DNA from: Chlorokybus atmophyticus
Lineage: Eukaryota; Plantae; Mesostigma and Chlorokybus algae
Assembly (NCBI GenBank): GCA_009103225.1
Contig: RHPI01000772.1
Span: forward strand, 351,538 to 415,537
Length of the DNA: 64,000 nucleotides
Direction: 5' to 3'
The notes beneath the pieces are model-generated. The model did no database searches and was not told the DNA's origin. It was given only the letters and a program-made list of their open reading frames with translations. The translations under genes and the position numbers were made by a program. Position 1 is the stretch's first letter. Each line of letters starts with the position of its first letter. Shown here in pieces: positions 14,166 to 27,664 of the stretch.

Positions 14166-15183
14166 GTAGCTACACCTAGCAAGGGATGAAGCTACGAGCA
14201 TCAACACCCTTGAGGCATTTATATTTTTCAGTGATGAATCCATGCTAGCACGATACAATACACGAGACTTTTTGAGCACTTTGCTCTCTGTGAATACGGG
14301 CGGTTTATGTAGTATTGTATCATGCATGCTCAAGTGAAACAATTGGATACCAATTGCGTATTTAAGATGATTACGCAGATCAGCAGGACAAGTAACGGGC
14401 CTTCAACCCCACATGCTCCATCATTATGACCTACAACGACGTATACTCAACTCTTGTCACGAAGACCACATTTAATTCCACCATGTTTGTTTGTAATACA
14501 GGGTACGAATATACTTACACTTTTTCTTAATTATAAGACATTGCAAGAGCATATGCTGTGCTATGTATCATAGGGTATCGATGTGTACAAACGAACATCG
14601 ATGGAATTCACTACGTGCAATGCATGACATGCCAAGACATAGAGCACCACACCCAGACAGTCTGATCTTTAAGTCGGCCAAGTTGGGCGTGGTCGTGTCA
14701 CAGTTTGTGAGGTTTGTGCGCATTTGTATTTTGCGAGAACACTTTATGTGGGAAATGGTGCAGCTTTTGCGGGACATGGTGGCACAAGGATACCACTTGC
14801 AAGAGCTGTTGGGGAAGCTGCGAGGCAAGATGTACAGGATGTCGGGCAAGGTGTACGACATGACATACCAGCAGCTCTACGTGCGAGTGGCCAACAAGTG
14901 CAAGTCCGAAGCCGAGGTGAGTGAGGTAAGTGAGGTAAGTGGTTACGCATGTGTGGGGAGCAGAGTGCCCGCGCATGCATGCATTTGACGTCAGCTTGTG
15001 AGTGCTTGCAATTGTTGCCATTGACTACTTGCTAAGTGATTAACTGCCTGCTATGCTGACTGCTGTGCTAATTGACTGACTGCTGAGCTGACAGTGCACT
15101 AACGTGATATGTAAGTGCTGTCGCTCAGAATGCCTGTGTCTCATCTGACCCAGCAAAGTGTCCGTTGGGCCAGCCATTATATT

Positions 15184-15186
<3 letters not shown>
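14166..15186 (+). mobile_element. Degenerate Penelope-like retroelement 3' fragment (RT thumb / C-terminal region)
   Basis: ORF 14563-14988 contains PHPDSLIFKSAKLGVVVSQFVRFVRICILREHFMWEMVQLLRDMVAQGY, matching the PLE RT C-terminal pattern PH..S....K.G...SQ..R..RIC....F......L...L...GY. Bounded by (CT)n on both sides. Confidence 0.6.

Positions 15187-15249
<63 letters not shown>
15187..15249. repeat. (CT)n microsatellite, about 63 bp
   Basis: Direct reading of the sequence. Confidence 0.95.
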
Positions 15250-15253
<4 letters not shown>

Positions 15254-15269
15254 GCGCAATGTCTGCTTG

Positions 15270-15420
15270 CAGGGCTGCCAGGGTCGTATCCTTCTGCCTG
15301 TCCCTGGCGTGAACTATTGGCAGGGCCGCTACTGCACTGTGTAGTGCAGGTAGTGCCAGCGCTGGTGGCCACGGTTAGGTGCTGGGGTGGGGGTGGGGGT
15401 GGGGGTGGGGTTTGGGTACA
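15270..15420. repeat. Dispersed repeat related (inverted) to the 168-bp unit at 28680-29010
   Basis: gcagggccgctactgcactg...acggttaggtgctggggtggggg resembles the reverse complement of the 28690-28850 unit (gcagggcgactgctagcactg...acggttaggcgtcggtggtgggg). Confidence 0.45.
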
Positions 15421-17379
15421 ATGTGTATAAGATATGTGTTGTGAACATGATAGGGGCCGGAGCAGCGTGTGTGGCGGCGGGGGCCCAGACATTCGTCGTG
15501 TGCTGCGTCGTGGTCGTCGTCGTCAGCGTCTGTGAAGCCAGTGAAGCCCGGCCTGACCACCACGCCTCTGCTGCGCAGGCGGTGACCCCCTTCCCTTGTC
15601 CCTTTGCCCCGTTCCGCGTTCCCTGTGCTGCCACGTCCTATCCACTGTGCAGTCGGTTAGCGGTTGTGTTGGTTGCTGCGTTGGTTCTAGCGCTGCTTTG
15701 GGCCCCCGTTACTTTGCTTGCTTTGTGCTTGCAATGCTGGTGTGTTGGCGTGTGTCTGTGTGTGACTGCTTGTGTAGTTCGTTAAGCATGAAATAGCATT
15801 TCTATGCTTTGTATGTGAAGTTTTGTGTGGCACACGCGTGCAACATCAATGCACAGCAACACTACATCAATATTTCTATGTAAGGGTTTGCACTGTTACC
15901 ACCGGGCTAACCTCTACTACACTAGCACTATCGCCTAGCTCTGTTAGACATGCATGCATAGGCTTTCCAGTGGTATGCAAGTGTACTATGCGTAGGCTCT
16001 CCAGACGTTGACACAACGCACGCACAGGCAGCACAAGCACCAGCAAGCACACGGGCAATGGCAGCTCAATGCATGTAACAACCGCAGTTACCTGCACAAC
16101 GGCCGTTGGTCAGCGGCCCAATCCTTGGCAAAGCAGCAGCATCAGACTCAATGGACCCCCCCACATCACCGCCTCCACTGACCACTGCCTCGTACACCTT
16201 GCTGTAACTGTGTCGCGTACACAATATGTTTTTACTGAACATGGTACCGACATGTGTATGAAAATGTATAATTATAATGTTATTTTTGTCTATTTCCGTT
16301 GAAAGTCGTTGCATTGACTTGGTGCGTTGTAGAATGTGCCTTATAGGCATTTCGGGTTTTGTATCAACTATGACTGTTTCCGTATAAAGCACCGTTCCCT
16401 CATATATCCTCATGCGACTGCAGATACCACTGTTGCTGAAAGCTATCGCAGCGTCATGACTTTACACTGCACATAGCCCAGCCCCCTTAACTCTTTAAGT
16501 TGGTGGCCTGGTGTAACCAGTTGATCTGCTCTGGCCTGCTGATTTAAGTGTGTGCGTGTGTGCCAAAGCGTGCTTGAGTGAATGTGTGATGAGTGCGTTG
16601 GATATGCGATTGCTATACCCTATATGTTTTATTTACCCGAGTATTATTCTTACATTATCATGTTCAACAAATGTTCCATATCCAAGAGTAGACTGTAGTA
16701 TTGCCATCGCTGGCTTTCTCAACAAGCCATGTGCCTCGATTGCAATGGAAAGCCTTCGGTTGCATATATTGTCAGTCGGAAGACGTATGCTATACCTTGC
16801 TCCCTCTGCTCTGCTGCTCAATACGGTGAAAACGAATGCACCGCGGCCAATGCAAAAACGTACCACACAGGTTTTATCATCGCATCATTGACGGCCCATG
16901 CAATGACCAAGTTAAAGCCGCTACACTTTAGTGTCATCAGCGATTGCATTGCATGCATTATTGTCCTCATTTCTCTCATGCATAGCACTCCCTTCGTAGT
17001 TGCGACAATGTGTACCATGACAGGGAGGGACTGACGTAATGTCACGTTGTGATACATTATGTGTTCTGTGGCAATTTACTTTATCGGCCACTTGCTTCAA
17101 GTTGCAAAGCTTGTTGCGCGCATTGCAGCAAATTATCCTAGTCAATCAACCATAGCTGCATAAGGCTGGCATGTTGATGTCACAACACGTTTATGCATGC
17201 ACCCATCCTACAACGAGCACGGATGTGCAGAGTGCAAAGGATGAGAATGAAGTGCTCACAATGCAGGTAACTTAAATGGTATACACAGCTTTGTCTATAT
17301 GCTGACTCACATGGTTTAGAGGCACCTGTTTCCAGAGCTTCGCACTGCTAGTTACACATATTACAAACACACGAGCATC

Positions 17380-20231
17380 TCACAACTTTGACTTGGCCTT
17401 CATGTATGCCCTGGCCATCCTGTCTTCATCTGTTGCCACGAGCTCCCGAGTGATGTCGGAGATCTTGCAGCAACCGGCAAGAGCCATGGCCAGCTCAAAT
17501 TCCTCGCGCATAATCTTTGGAAACACAGTAGTGTTGTCAACCACACAGACTGTTGCAAATGTAATGTAAAACACTCAAGGATCTACCGTTATGGTGCACC
17601 CAGCCACTATATGATCAGACTAATAGGCTGACGATGTATATAGCAGACGTAGAAAGCAGCAATAAGTATACCATGGGCTTACCGTCAAGAGTCTGCTCAC
17701 GCCCTTCTCGCCATCAACGGCCAGCGCGAACGGCACCGGCCGGCCCACAAATACACCCTTAGCACCCAACGCAAGCGCCTTCAGTGCATCAGTACCGCGT
17801 CGAACACCGCCATCCAAAAACACTGGGACCCTGCCCTCCACCGCTTGCACAACCTGAGTTCAGAGCGTAGATCAGACTTGGCTTGCAACAAAAACATTTG
17901 TTCTTATGAATCTTATGAACTGCATTAGAAGTCCAACACCAAGCAAGCCTGCAAACGCCTGTGAAGTTTACAGGATTTTCAAAAATTTACCTCCTCCAGT
18001 ACATCAATGGTTGCTGGCACGTAGTCCAACTGCCTGGCACCATGGTTCGACACGATGATGCCGTGCGCGCCAGCTTTCAATGAAAGCTTGGCATCCTCTG
18101 CGGTCAGAACACCCTTAACAAGGATTGGGAGCTTGGTGATGGTCTTCAACCACTCCACATCCTGTACATAATTGTCGCATGCATCAAGTATTCAGCTGAG
18201 GCTCAACATAGAAGCATGCGCACAACATGCACTTGAAGAACAACAACATGAACAGTACAGGCTCTTACATGCCAGTTGAGTGTGCGGTCAATTTGCCCAG
18301 CGACATACGACGCGAGCCCCGAGTCGTTGGTCTTGTCCATTGATCCGAGTTCCAAACCCTCAAAGTTCTTCAACGACAGGTGTGCAGCCAGCACAAATCT
18401 GAAAGCTCAATGTCAGTCTATGCACAAGACGTGTGTGTGTGCGTCTGTCATGTACATCTTACGCAGAGGCTGTGAACAATGAATGATGATGGTCGCGTAC
18501 TTGTTCCGCATGTCAGCTTCTCTGCGGCCGAGGATGGGTGTGTCAACGGTAAGGGCAATGCCCTTAAAACCAGCCTGCTCGGCTCGCCGCACGAGCTGCG
18601 CCACCACCTTCCTGTCCTTGTACACGTACAGCTGGAACAACCTGATGCCCTCACCCACTGAAGCCACCTCTTCCACGCTGGAAGTTGCCCACGAAGAAAG
18701 GATCTGCAAACAGACCATGTAAATACACAGGCTGTGCTGCTGCAGCCATCCACCTATGGTGTATTTCCTCTTGTCACGAGCAGCACTCCACGCAACAGCA
18801 TGATTTGTAGAGCAGCGGCACGTTCAGATACACTCATTCCTAAGGGTGGCAAAACAGCACGCAGGTACCCGGGCTGCCTGGTCATTGACCGCAGCAATCT
18901 TTTCGAGGCTATAAGTAGACATTGATGATGCAAACTGTTTGCCATGAGAGTGCTTAAAACTGAGGCTGTTTGAAGCGTTGTGAGAAAAGTGTGTTCTCAC
19001 CATAGCTGTATCGGCTTTTGCAGCTGCCCTTGCAGTCGCCAGCTCGCCTGCAATCCAAGCCATTTGTCAGCTATGCCCTACTCCTTGATTGCACACGCAA
19101 GTCTCCCTGTCGAGAATTGATGCAATATGCTGTGCAACCACAACGTCCATGCTTGCTATACAATGGGAAGCGACAGCAAGCTGAGCAATGCATGCAAGGC
19201 AAATACGCGTGCACACTGTATGGTGCAAGCGTGTTTGGTGCATGCGTGTGTGCACAAAATCTCACTTGGGCGTGACAGAACTTGCCAAGAAAGGTGCACA
19301 CGACTTGACTTACATACACTACCTCATTGAAGATGCAAGTGAGTGTTGGTGAGCGTACCTTCTGGGGTAGCCATGCGCTGCATGGCCGTTGGCGCAAGCA
19401 TGATGGGCATGGAAATCTTCATACCCAGGATGTCGGTGGTTGTATCGACCTTACTCACATTGATCAAAATACGCGGCCGCAACCTGTTGTATCACAACCA
19501 CAACACAAGTACATCAGTCTCCTGGATGATACGCGTCATGCACACATTTCGACAGGCGCACATCGTCAGTTCACGCTGTCGACAGCAAGCCAGCTGTTAT
19601 ACACTTTACAGTTTTCTGCTATATCAAACCGTTAAGTTGTGTGTGCGAGTGGCTCAAGAGCTCTGGCGTAACAGCACTAGACTGCGATGCAGTAACCTGC
19701 TGACTCCTGCTGCTGTGACACCAGTTTCAGGATGGGGTCAACAAGCAGAAGCTTCTGGCAATCAAAACAGTGTGACGTCACAAACTCTATTCTGCTAAGC
19801 TGCTACTCCCCAGATCACAGCTGCCTGTGACTGCTGTACAGCGCAAGTCCCAGCACTGGATTGGCATAGACTTATACAAGATCTAATTGTCGACATGAAC
19901 CTCCACCAATGCCGTTGCGGAAAACACATCGCTTACAGAAATCAGACTGCAAACTTGTTGGTCAACAAGCTACCACCAGCAAATCTGCACATACACAGGC
20001 TGAACTCGTTTGCACTCGCCGCTGACATCCTGCATGATGGCAACCAGCAACGGCAGAGCATGCGGGGCAAGCACAGCTTCAACATGACCTGATTTTCTGA
20101 AAGGCGACGCAATTGTCCTTAAGGGTGTACTCATCCTCCGCCCCCGAGGCGTAGTAGTCGTAGACCATGAGTGGCAGCTTGGGCTTGGCCAAGATCTGGA
20201 ACTCATTGACATTCACAACCTTCTCCGCCAT
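17380..20231 (-). CDS. GOX: Peroxisomal glycolate oxidase (FMN-dependent alpha-hydroxy acid oxidase)
   Basis: Eight GT-AG exons give [11 protein letters not shown]...[13 protein letters not shown]...[10 protein letters not shown]...[10 protein letters not shown]...[12 protein letters not shown]...FQLYVYKDR...[17 protein letters not shown]...[17 protein letters not shown]...LVKGVLT...[15 protein letters not shown]...[21 protein letters not shown]...KAKSKL*. Ends in the PTS1 tripeptide SKL. Confidence 0.97.
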
Positions 20232-21467
20232 TGTGGACGGGCGGAGGGCGACACCGAGAGTGGCGGACGGTTCGTTTAACAACAAAGACACTCACACCGC
20301 CGCTGCTGCCGCCTACCACACCACAAGCTAGGTGGGTGAACTAAACCGGATAAGTGGCAGGTTAGCCGAACCGCTGAACCCGGTTGCCGACGGCAACCCA
20401 CCGCAGTTAACAAACCTACAACCCAACCCGGCTCTGTTCCACATTTAACCCACATTTAGCGCCCCTCCTGCAACTCAATCTCTGTCAGATTGATTTTAAG
20501 CAGCTCTGTAACTGGACAATGTCCGTCTGCAAAACCAGCCGTACGGGGTAAGGCCGCGTACGGCGCAGGTGCTTCTACTCACGGTCATGGTTTGCCGGCG
20601 ACCGCGGCAAGTTGTTGTGGAAGCATGCGCGGTGGAAAGGGGAAGTGCCACGTGTGTGTTGCTTTAGCTTGGAAGCTCGACGCTCCAACAAAGTTCGTGA
20701 CTCAACAGTTAGTGTTGGGTCATTGTTCCATGGAGGCCTTAGAACATAGGTAGGGCCGGGCAAGGCTCACAATAGTGCGTCAATTGATGGGTCTAAATAA
20801 GGTTGTGGCTACTTTTAATTCGGCTTGAGTAAGTGGTCTTATACATTGTGTCGCTTTTTTCTTTGCACTTGAAGATTGATGAAACAATGTCAAATTATTG
20901 GGTAATGCCATGAATATGCATGGTACATGGTAACACAATATGATGTGTATGTTCATATGGGTTGTGCCTATTGTCTCATGATTGCGATTATTCAGTTTGA
21001 TTGTCTCAATGTTAGTGCTTCAATGCATTGATCCACGAAATTGCGCATGTGTGGCACATTTTCATAATTGTATGCATGCAAGTATGGAAATGCAGCACTC
21101 ACAATAAACAATAGCCAATTGCAATTATTCTATAAAAAAGATGTTTTGAGCTTATGCAATCATTTACTTTGTTTACCACCCGCCTTTTACGGGTGACATA
21201 GTAACCTAATACCCTCCCCCCCCCCCCCCCCCCNCGTGGCCGCCACTGAATAGAGCACTGAAAGTGCCCACATTAGTTTGCCCCCCTCCCCCTCATTGAA
21301 TTTGCGGGGGGGGCTTTATTTGGGTGGGGGGTATTCGGGCAAATACGGTATATTATCACATCAAAGAGCTGGGGCGCCGGCTGGGTCGGGGGCCAAGCAA
21401 TTGTCGCTAGCATCGTTAAGTCGTCGTCGTGCATGCTGCCGCCTCCTCTGCCTAGGCCTAACCTTTC

Positions 21468-21993
21468 TGTAACAGCACCACCGTCGCCGGTGATGCCCCT
21501 TCAATCCTCTACCCCAACACCCACACCGCCTATGACAAGCCTTTCAACGGCGTGGCCGCCACTGAGCAGAGCACTGAAAGTGCCCACATCAGTTTGATGT
21601 GACCTTATATATCAAGAGTATATCAATCATATACCTCTCGATAATTAACTCACAACTAGACATCGACCCTACAGATAGGGTAGTTAGGAAATCTAGCGTG
21701 AGCCAATCACAGCTCAGATAATGTACCTATCGATAAGGTACCTATTGAAAGATACCTATTGTAAGGTACCTACTGAGATAGTGATCACATTTTATCAACT
21801 GTGACATTAAATAGGCTTGAATAAGCGTTTCTACACCCATTGAGACTTATTTAAGCTATGATAAAGCATCATAGCCTTTAATAAGCGAGGAACCGTAAAA
21901 AAGAGGTATAAATAAGCATATTTAGATACTTATTCATACATAATGTGTTATTTAGGTAGCAATAATACCCCTATTATTATTGCTCCCGTTACA
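21468..21993 (-). repeat. 3' LTR of the Ty3 element
   Basis: Direct repeat of 27139-27664; adjacent to the PPT. Confidence 0.95.
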
Positions 21994-24683
21994 TTCCCCC
22001 CACTTAAGTTTGTCAACGTCCTCGTTGAACTCAAGTTGATCAGGCTTAATTTTGAGTAATTGTAACCAGTGAGATAGCAGGAAATGACAGGGTGGTAATG
22101 AAACTGCACTGCCAGTCTGTCATAAAACCAAGCCCACAGTTCATGGGACAGGACGTGAATCCCAATAAGCTTGAAGCAACTCGCGGCGATGCATAACATG
22201 CCTGTCGGGCTCCCAACTGTTGTGTTCTGGGCCATACCCTTTCCATTTCACTAAATAGCGAGTTGCGCGTGCTCGACTATTTAGCTTATGGTTTAATGTA
22301 GCTTCCACCTCGTATTCGAGCTCGCTGTCCACCTCAACTGGCGGTTGTAGAGGCTGTGTTCTACTGTCTGAGCGGTAAGGTTTCAACAAGTTCACATGGA
22401 ACACGTTGTGTATACACTTGGGGGCAATCGCAGTTGATAAGCGTGCGTACCAACTCTATCAGTGATAGAGAAAGGACCTAACCATCGGGACAGCAACTTG
22501 CGAACACCCGTACCTTTGATGGTTATGTTCTTGCGTTAAGCAAAACTTTATCGCCAACATCGAAAGTGGCCATTCTTCGATGTGTATCAGCATAAGCTTT
22601 TTGCCTGTCCTGTGCTTCTGACGAGCATAGCTTAGCTTGAGCCAAATTTTCTTGCATATCAGTGGCCAATCCTTTTGCCGCTGATACAGTCAGGGCATTG
22701 CAAGGTACACGCAATGACTGGTGTGTTCGGGTGAATCCCATAATTCAAGAAAAATGGGGTTTTCTTTACACTTTCCTGCCACGCGTTGTTCGCAGCGAAC
22801 TCTGCCATTGGCAAGTACCTGTCCCAATCAGCATGGTTAAGAGCCATATAGTGGCGAAGCATTTCTTCCAGTATTTGATTTGCTCGCTCAGTTTGTCCGT
22901 CCGTTTGCGGGTGGAAAGCAGTCGACATGCTTTGTTTTACCCCCAACAATTCACAGACTTCTCTCCAAAAATTGGAGACAAACTGAGGATCACGATCTGT
23001 GATAAGCTCACGCGGTACACCGTGAACTCGAAAGACCGTGGACACAAATAAATGTGCTAAGTCCCGTGCACTCACAGTTGTGCAACACGAGGCAAAATGC
23101 ACCATTTTGGTCAAACGGTCGACAAAAACCACAATAGCAATGTATTTGGCTGCTGTTTCAGGTAAGTCAGTAATCCATACTGACACTATCCCACTTTTGT
23201 TCTGAGATTGCCAAGGGTTCAAGCAATCCCGCTTGTTTGTGTCGTAGTGGCTTATTACGTTGACACACGTGACATGTGCAAACATATTGATCCACATCAG
23301 CTGACATTGACGGCCACCAGTATAACTGTTGCGCAACTTTGAGTGTTTTGTGTTTCCCCAAATGCCCAGCATACGGCGGGTCATGCACTAATTGTAAGCA
23401 TTGCTTACGCAAGTCGCCCGTGTTGGGAATTGCCAACTGCTCCCCTTTATACCACAGATTGCTAACAGCAGTAAGCTGTTGCAAGTTGGTTTGACTGCTA
23501 AACCAATCATCTGAGTTATAACCTGTGGACACTTCCTTTAGGAAAGGATCTTCAGGCTGTTGTACATTACGCGTACATCAAGAGCGCGTAAGTGGCAAAA
23601 GAGCAGGGCTACGACTTAGTGGATCCGCCACATTGGTGCGACCCGCACGGTATTGCCAAGTGAAAGTGAAACGAGAAATAAATTCATTCCACCTAGTTTG
23701 TCGCCTCGACAGATTTTGTTGCGTATGAAAGAATGTGAGCGGGTTGTGATCAGTAATCACTGAAAACTCCACACCTTTCAAGGAGCAACGCCATGTGCGC
23801 AGCGCGTGCACCACCCCGAGCAATTCCTGCTTAGTGGTTGTGTAATTACGTTCAGCAGGAATGAACTTTCTGCTTTTAGATGCACGTGGTCTGTCATCCT
23901 ATAGAAGGACTGCCCCACACCCAATGGTGAAAGCATCACTGATCACCACAAAATGCTTGGTGTGGTCGGGGAAGGCTAACACAGGGGCTTGTGTTAATGC
24001 ATCTTTAATGCGTGTAAAAGCAACCTCGTGTGCCTCCGTCCACACAAATCAAACATCCTTTCTTAGTAAAGATGTTAAAGGATTTACCATGCTAGAATAT
24101 GCTCGCATGAACTTGCGAAAATAATTGGCTAGCCCTAAGAAAGCACGTAACTGATGTACATCCTTGGGTGGTGGCCAATCCTTCACCGCACACACCTTTT
24201 GAGGATCTGGTTTCAATCCTTCTTTGCCAATCACATGCCTTAAAAAGGGCAGTTCATCCTTTGCAAAGTTGCATTTAGACAGGTTGGCATACAATTTGTG
24301 TTCGCGTAATTTAGCTAGAACCAATTCCACATGCTTGTGGTGTTCCTCCCGGGTTTTGCTGAACACAATAATGTCGTCAAGATATCAGTACAAACTTGTA
24401 CAATTCATTAGCAAATACCGCGTTCATTGCTGTTTGAAATGTAGCTGGTGTTATAACCCAAATGGTAACACTTTATATTCAAAGTGTTCTAGTCGGTTGA
24501 GGGTGGAACCAGCAGCACGTATATACGATGTAACTGGTGTGAAAGGTATGTTGTTACGTTTTACCCAAGCATATTCAACAAAGTTGTGGTTTGCATCGGT
24601 ATCAATCAATGCTGTACATGGTGTGCCCATAAGTTGACTCTCACATCTCCATTTGAGTGGCACTCAGTGACCATCAAATGTAG

Positions 24684-25055
24684 CTAATATTGAGTGCCGT
24701 GATTGGTAGCAGGCTTGATAAAGATCACTTGCAACGGCGAAGCTCCTGTATCCTTGCGTAAGAGTTGCATAATTACTTCTCCCCCTTTCAGCAATCGCGA
24801 CGACGGGCCATGATACCGAGGGATAAGTACGCATGCAGTGACAGCATGTTGTAATTGCAACTCGTGTAAGTGCTTAATAGCAGTTACCAATTCAGAGAAT
24901 GGAACATTGATTGAAACACAACCGTTTGCATTTGTCAACACGGGTGTGCTCATATCAGTCCATACATCTGATACATCACAAAGAGAGGAAATTTTATCAA
25001 AAAGTACAGAGTTCTTAAAGTCGTTCAGCTCAACTAAGCTACCAACCATGGACAA
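24684..25055 (-). pseudogene. Extra domain between gag and protease, Dam-like N6-adenine MTase fold (degenerate)
   Basis: In frame with gag behind a single TAG. The sequence GCVSINVPFSELVTAIKHL...VTACVLIPRYHG...LLKG resembles the V.INPPF...L.H...TSA...P.W...LL.G pattern of retroelement-borne Dam-like domains. Confidence 0.45.
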
Positions 25056-27138
25056 TTCCTATTTCTTATCCTTCTGCTGCTTGGCCTTTTGTGCATGCTG
25101 CTTTGCATAGCACTTGGCCTCCCCATGACCTGTCTTCTTGCAGAGGTTGCAAGTGATGGTGGATTTGGCCGCGTTGTAGGGGCCAGCAGGCTGAGATGTT
25201 TTCGCCTTTTTCACAAAAGGTTTGTTATCAGTGGCCGAACGCTTTGCAGCTAAAGCCGGGGCTGCCTCTTTTGCTGTGGTTTGCATGTTTGCGTGAGAGC
25301 GCTTCACACTGTCCACAGCAGCAACCACCTGCATCAGCATTGGTAAATCCGTCGAGTCCCACTCTTTCAACCAACTCGCGGGGTTGACGGCCACATGCTG
25401 CACGAGATCTGTGTCCAAGCTACGCCTGAACATATCTAGCTGATCAGCATCACTGATGGGTAGTTTGCCAGCATTGATCTTGCTGACAAACGACTGAAAA
25501 TCCTGGATATACAGCTGAACCGGACGCCCGTTCTGACGCACGTTGTGCAGCTGATTGCGAGCAACCTGAGCAGGATCTGCGCCACCATAGCGCTGCTTTA
25601 TGAAAGAGCACAACACTTCCCGCCCGGCGTTCGTATCCCTTTGCTTACGGCGGTACCACTCTGCCAGAGCATTATTATTTGGGACAGCAACTCAGCTACA
25701 CGCAACTTCCCCTCTCCAGAAATGTGAAGGGAGTTGACATAGTGTCTCAGCTTCACGAGCCAGTCGAAAATTGCCTCTTGTTTGTTGGGAACAAACTCGG
25801 CAGGTTGAGCAAGCGCCTGAACAAGTGGACCACTGTCAGAGCGTTGATGGCGCTCGATCATGTTCAGAACACGTTTGCCTTCACCCATCGATCCCTCCCA
25901 ATCTCGCCCCAAAGGTGGTGAGCTTTGAGATCTTTTCCGCCACATGAAAGAGGAAGTTGACGAGCAAGACAATCGCCTCACGAGGCTCCTCATCATAGGT
26001 GCCAGGAAAGTGGTCCATCAACTCCTGTTTTGTCAAGCGAATTGAGATTTCAGGCTGCACGAATGATGGTGGTGGTGGTGGTCCGTCTGGTTCCACCAAA
26101 CCATTCACATCCTTAGCAGTATGAGACTCATCAGGTGCATCATCCAGGTTGGAAATATCCTCCATAAATGGAAACTCCTCCTCACGGGATAATTGCTCTT
26201 TTTGCGAGCTTTACCCCTTTGAGGCGGGCACGGAGTTCTCTTCCATTTGTCTGCAAAACAGGCAAAATGAAATGGTGAGAACCTCACCAATGGACCAGGT
26301 TCAACGAGAGGATCAAAATGACCCCAAGTTGTAAAAGTCCCAAACAAAGTTCAAACCAGTCCCAAAACAGGAAAGGTTGGATTTGGACTGTCACCAAACA
26401 GAACGAGTCTGGATGGGACCAGAATGTCCTAACTCTGTGTTGTCCTCAACCAAGTTCCAATCTCCAGGCCGAAGCCACAGGGGGAGGGTTTCAGACCAAC
26501 AGTGTTTGGGAACAGAATGTCTTAGAACCTCCCCAAAACTGTTCTAACCAAGTCTCGATCTCCAGGCCGAAGCCAGAGGGGAAGGGTTTGGGAACAGCTT
26601 AGTTCGGAACTTGCGGACCCAGGTCAAGCGACCCGGAAAAGCAGCTGGCAGGTCACAGGTACGTTACAGGCATGCAACAGGCAAGCCACATGCATGCAAC
26701 AGGCAAGCCGTACAGTGACCAACTGTGACATGCACTGGCAAGTACAATGACAAGCACTCACCGCATGTAATGACAGACAATCACTGCAAGCAATGATAGT
26801 GCACTAAGTGTGACAAGCAGTGATGGCACTAGCAAGCCGCACTCATGCACTGGTCAAGTCACCGAATGATGTGCATGAAAGTACACACGTGCACCTGGCA
26901 AGCACTTGGCAAGCAGCTGGCAAGCAGGCAAGTCACCGACGTGTGTAATAGTACCTCACACGTGGAGAGGCCGCCTCTTTGATGGGTGGCTTGAACGTGG
27001 AGGTAGCGCAGGGAAGCTCACTTGAAGCTTGGGCTGCGTGGACGAATAGGAGGCCGCCGCCGACGCCTCGTGATTGGCTGAAAGTAGGTCGCCGCCCCCT
27101 ATAAGTACCCACGTCACCCCCCAGCTCCTGGATACCAA

Positions 27139-27664
27139 TGTAACAGCACCACCGTCGCCGGTGATGCCCCTTCAATCTTCTACCCCAACACCCACACCGC
27201 CTATGACAAGCCTTTCAACGGCGTGGCCGCCACTGAATAGAGCACTGAAAGTGCCCACATTAGTTTGATGTAACCTTGAATATCAAGAGTATATCAACTA
27301 TATACCTCTTGATAATTAACTCACAACTAGACATCGACCCTACAGATAGGGTAGTTAGGAAATCTAGCGTGAGCCAATCTCAGCTCAGATAACGTACCTA
27401 TCGATAAGGTACCTATTGAAAGATACCTATCATAAGGTACCTAACGAGATAGTGATCACATTTCATCAAATGTGACACTAAATAGGCTTAAACAAGCGGT
27501 TCTACACCCATTGGGACTTATTTAAGCCATGATAAAGCATCATAGCCTTGAATAAGCGAGGAACCGTAAAAAAGAGGTATAAATAAGCATATTTAGATAT
27601 TTATTCATACAGAATGTGTTATTTAGGTAGCAATAATACCCCTATTATTATTGCTCCCGTTACA
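27139..27664 (-). repeat. 5' LTR of the Ty3 element
   Basis: Direct repeat of 21468-21993; followed on the minus strand by TTGGTATC (PBS-like). Confidence 0.95.

Larger units (their letters stand above)
21468..27664 (-). mobile_element. Ty3/Gypsy chromovirus LTR retrotransposon, full-length but decayed
   Basis: 526-bp LTRs (21468-21993, 27139-27664; TG...CA, roughly 5% diverged by eye) and perfect TSD CTTTC. PBS-like TTGGTATCCAGGAGC, PPT CTTAAGTGGGGGGAA. Fragments of gag (CNLCKKTGHGEAKC), PR (ALIDTDA), RT (FEYKVLPFGL; LDD), RH (DAF..G.GAVL; TDHNPL), IN (HDPPYAGH...CHVC; TDGQTER) and chromodomain (YEVE...YLVKWKGYGPEHNSWEP), with stops and frameshifts. Confidence 0.96.

Noticed and set aside
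14990-15186. Hammerhead ribozyme in the PLE 3' region
   Set aside because: No CUGAnGA...GAAA core found on either strand by eye.
21234-21285. Extra 45-bp LTR fragment upstream of the Ty3 element
   Set aside because: It starts right after a poly-C run and an N and is identical to the 5' LTR variant; most likely an assembly-edge artefact.
26340-26940. CRISPR-like array from the short repeats in the Ty3 leader
   Set aside because: These are irregular, degenerate ~100-bp and GGCAAGC repeats without unique equal-length spacers, in a eukaryotic retrotransposon leader.
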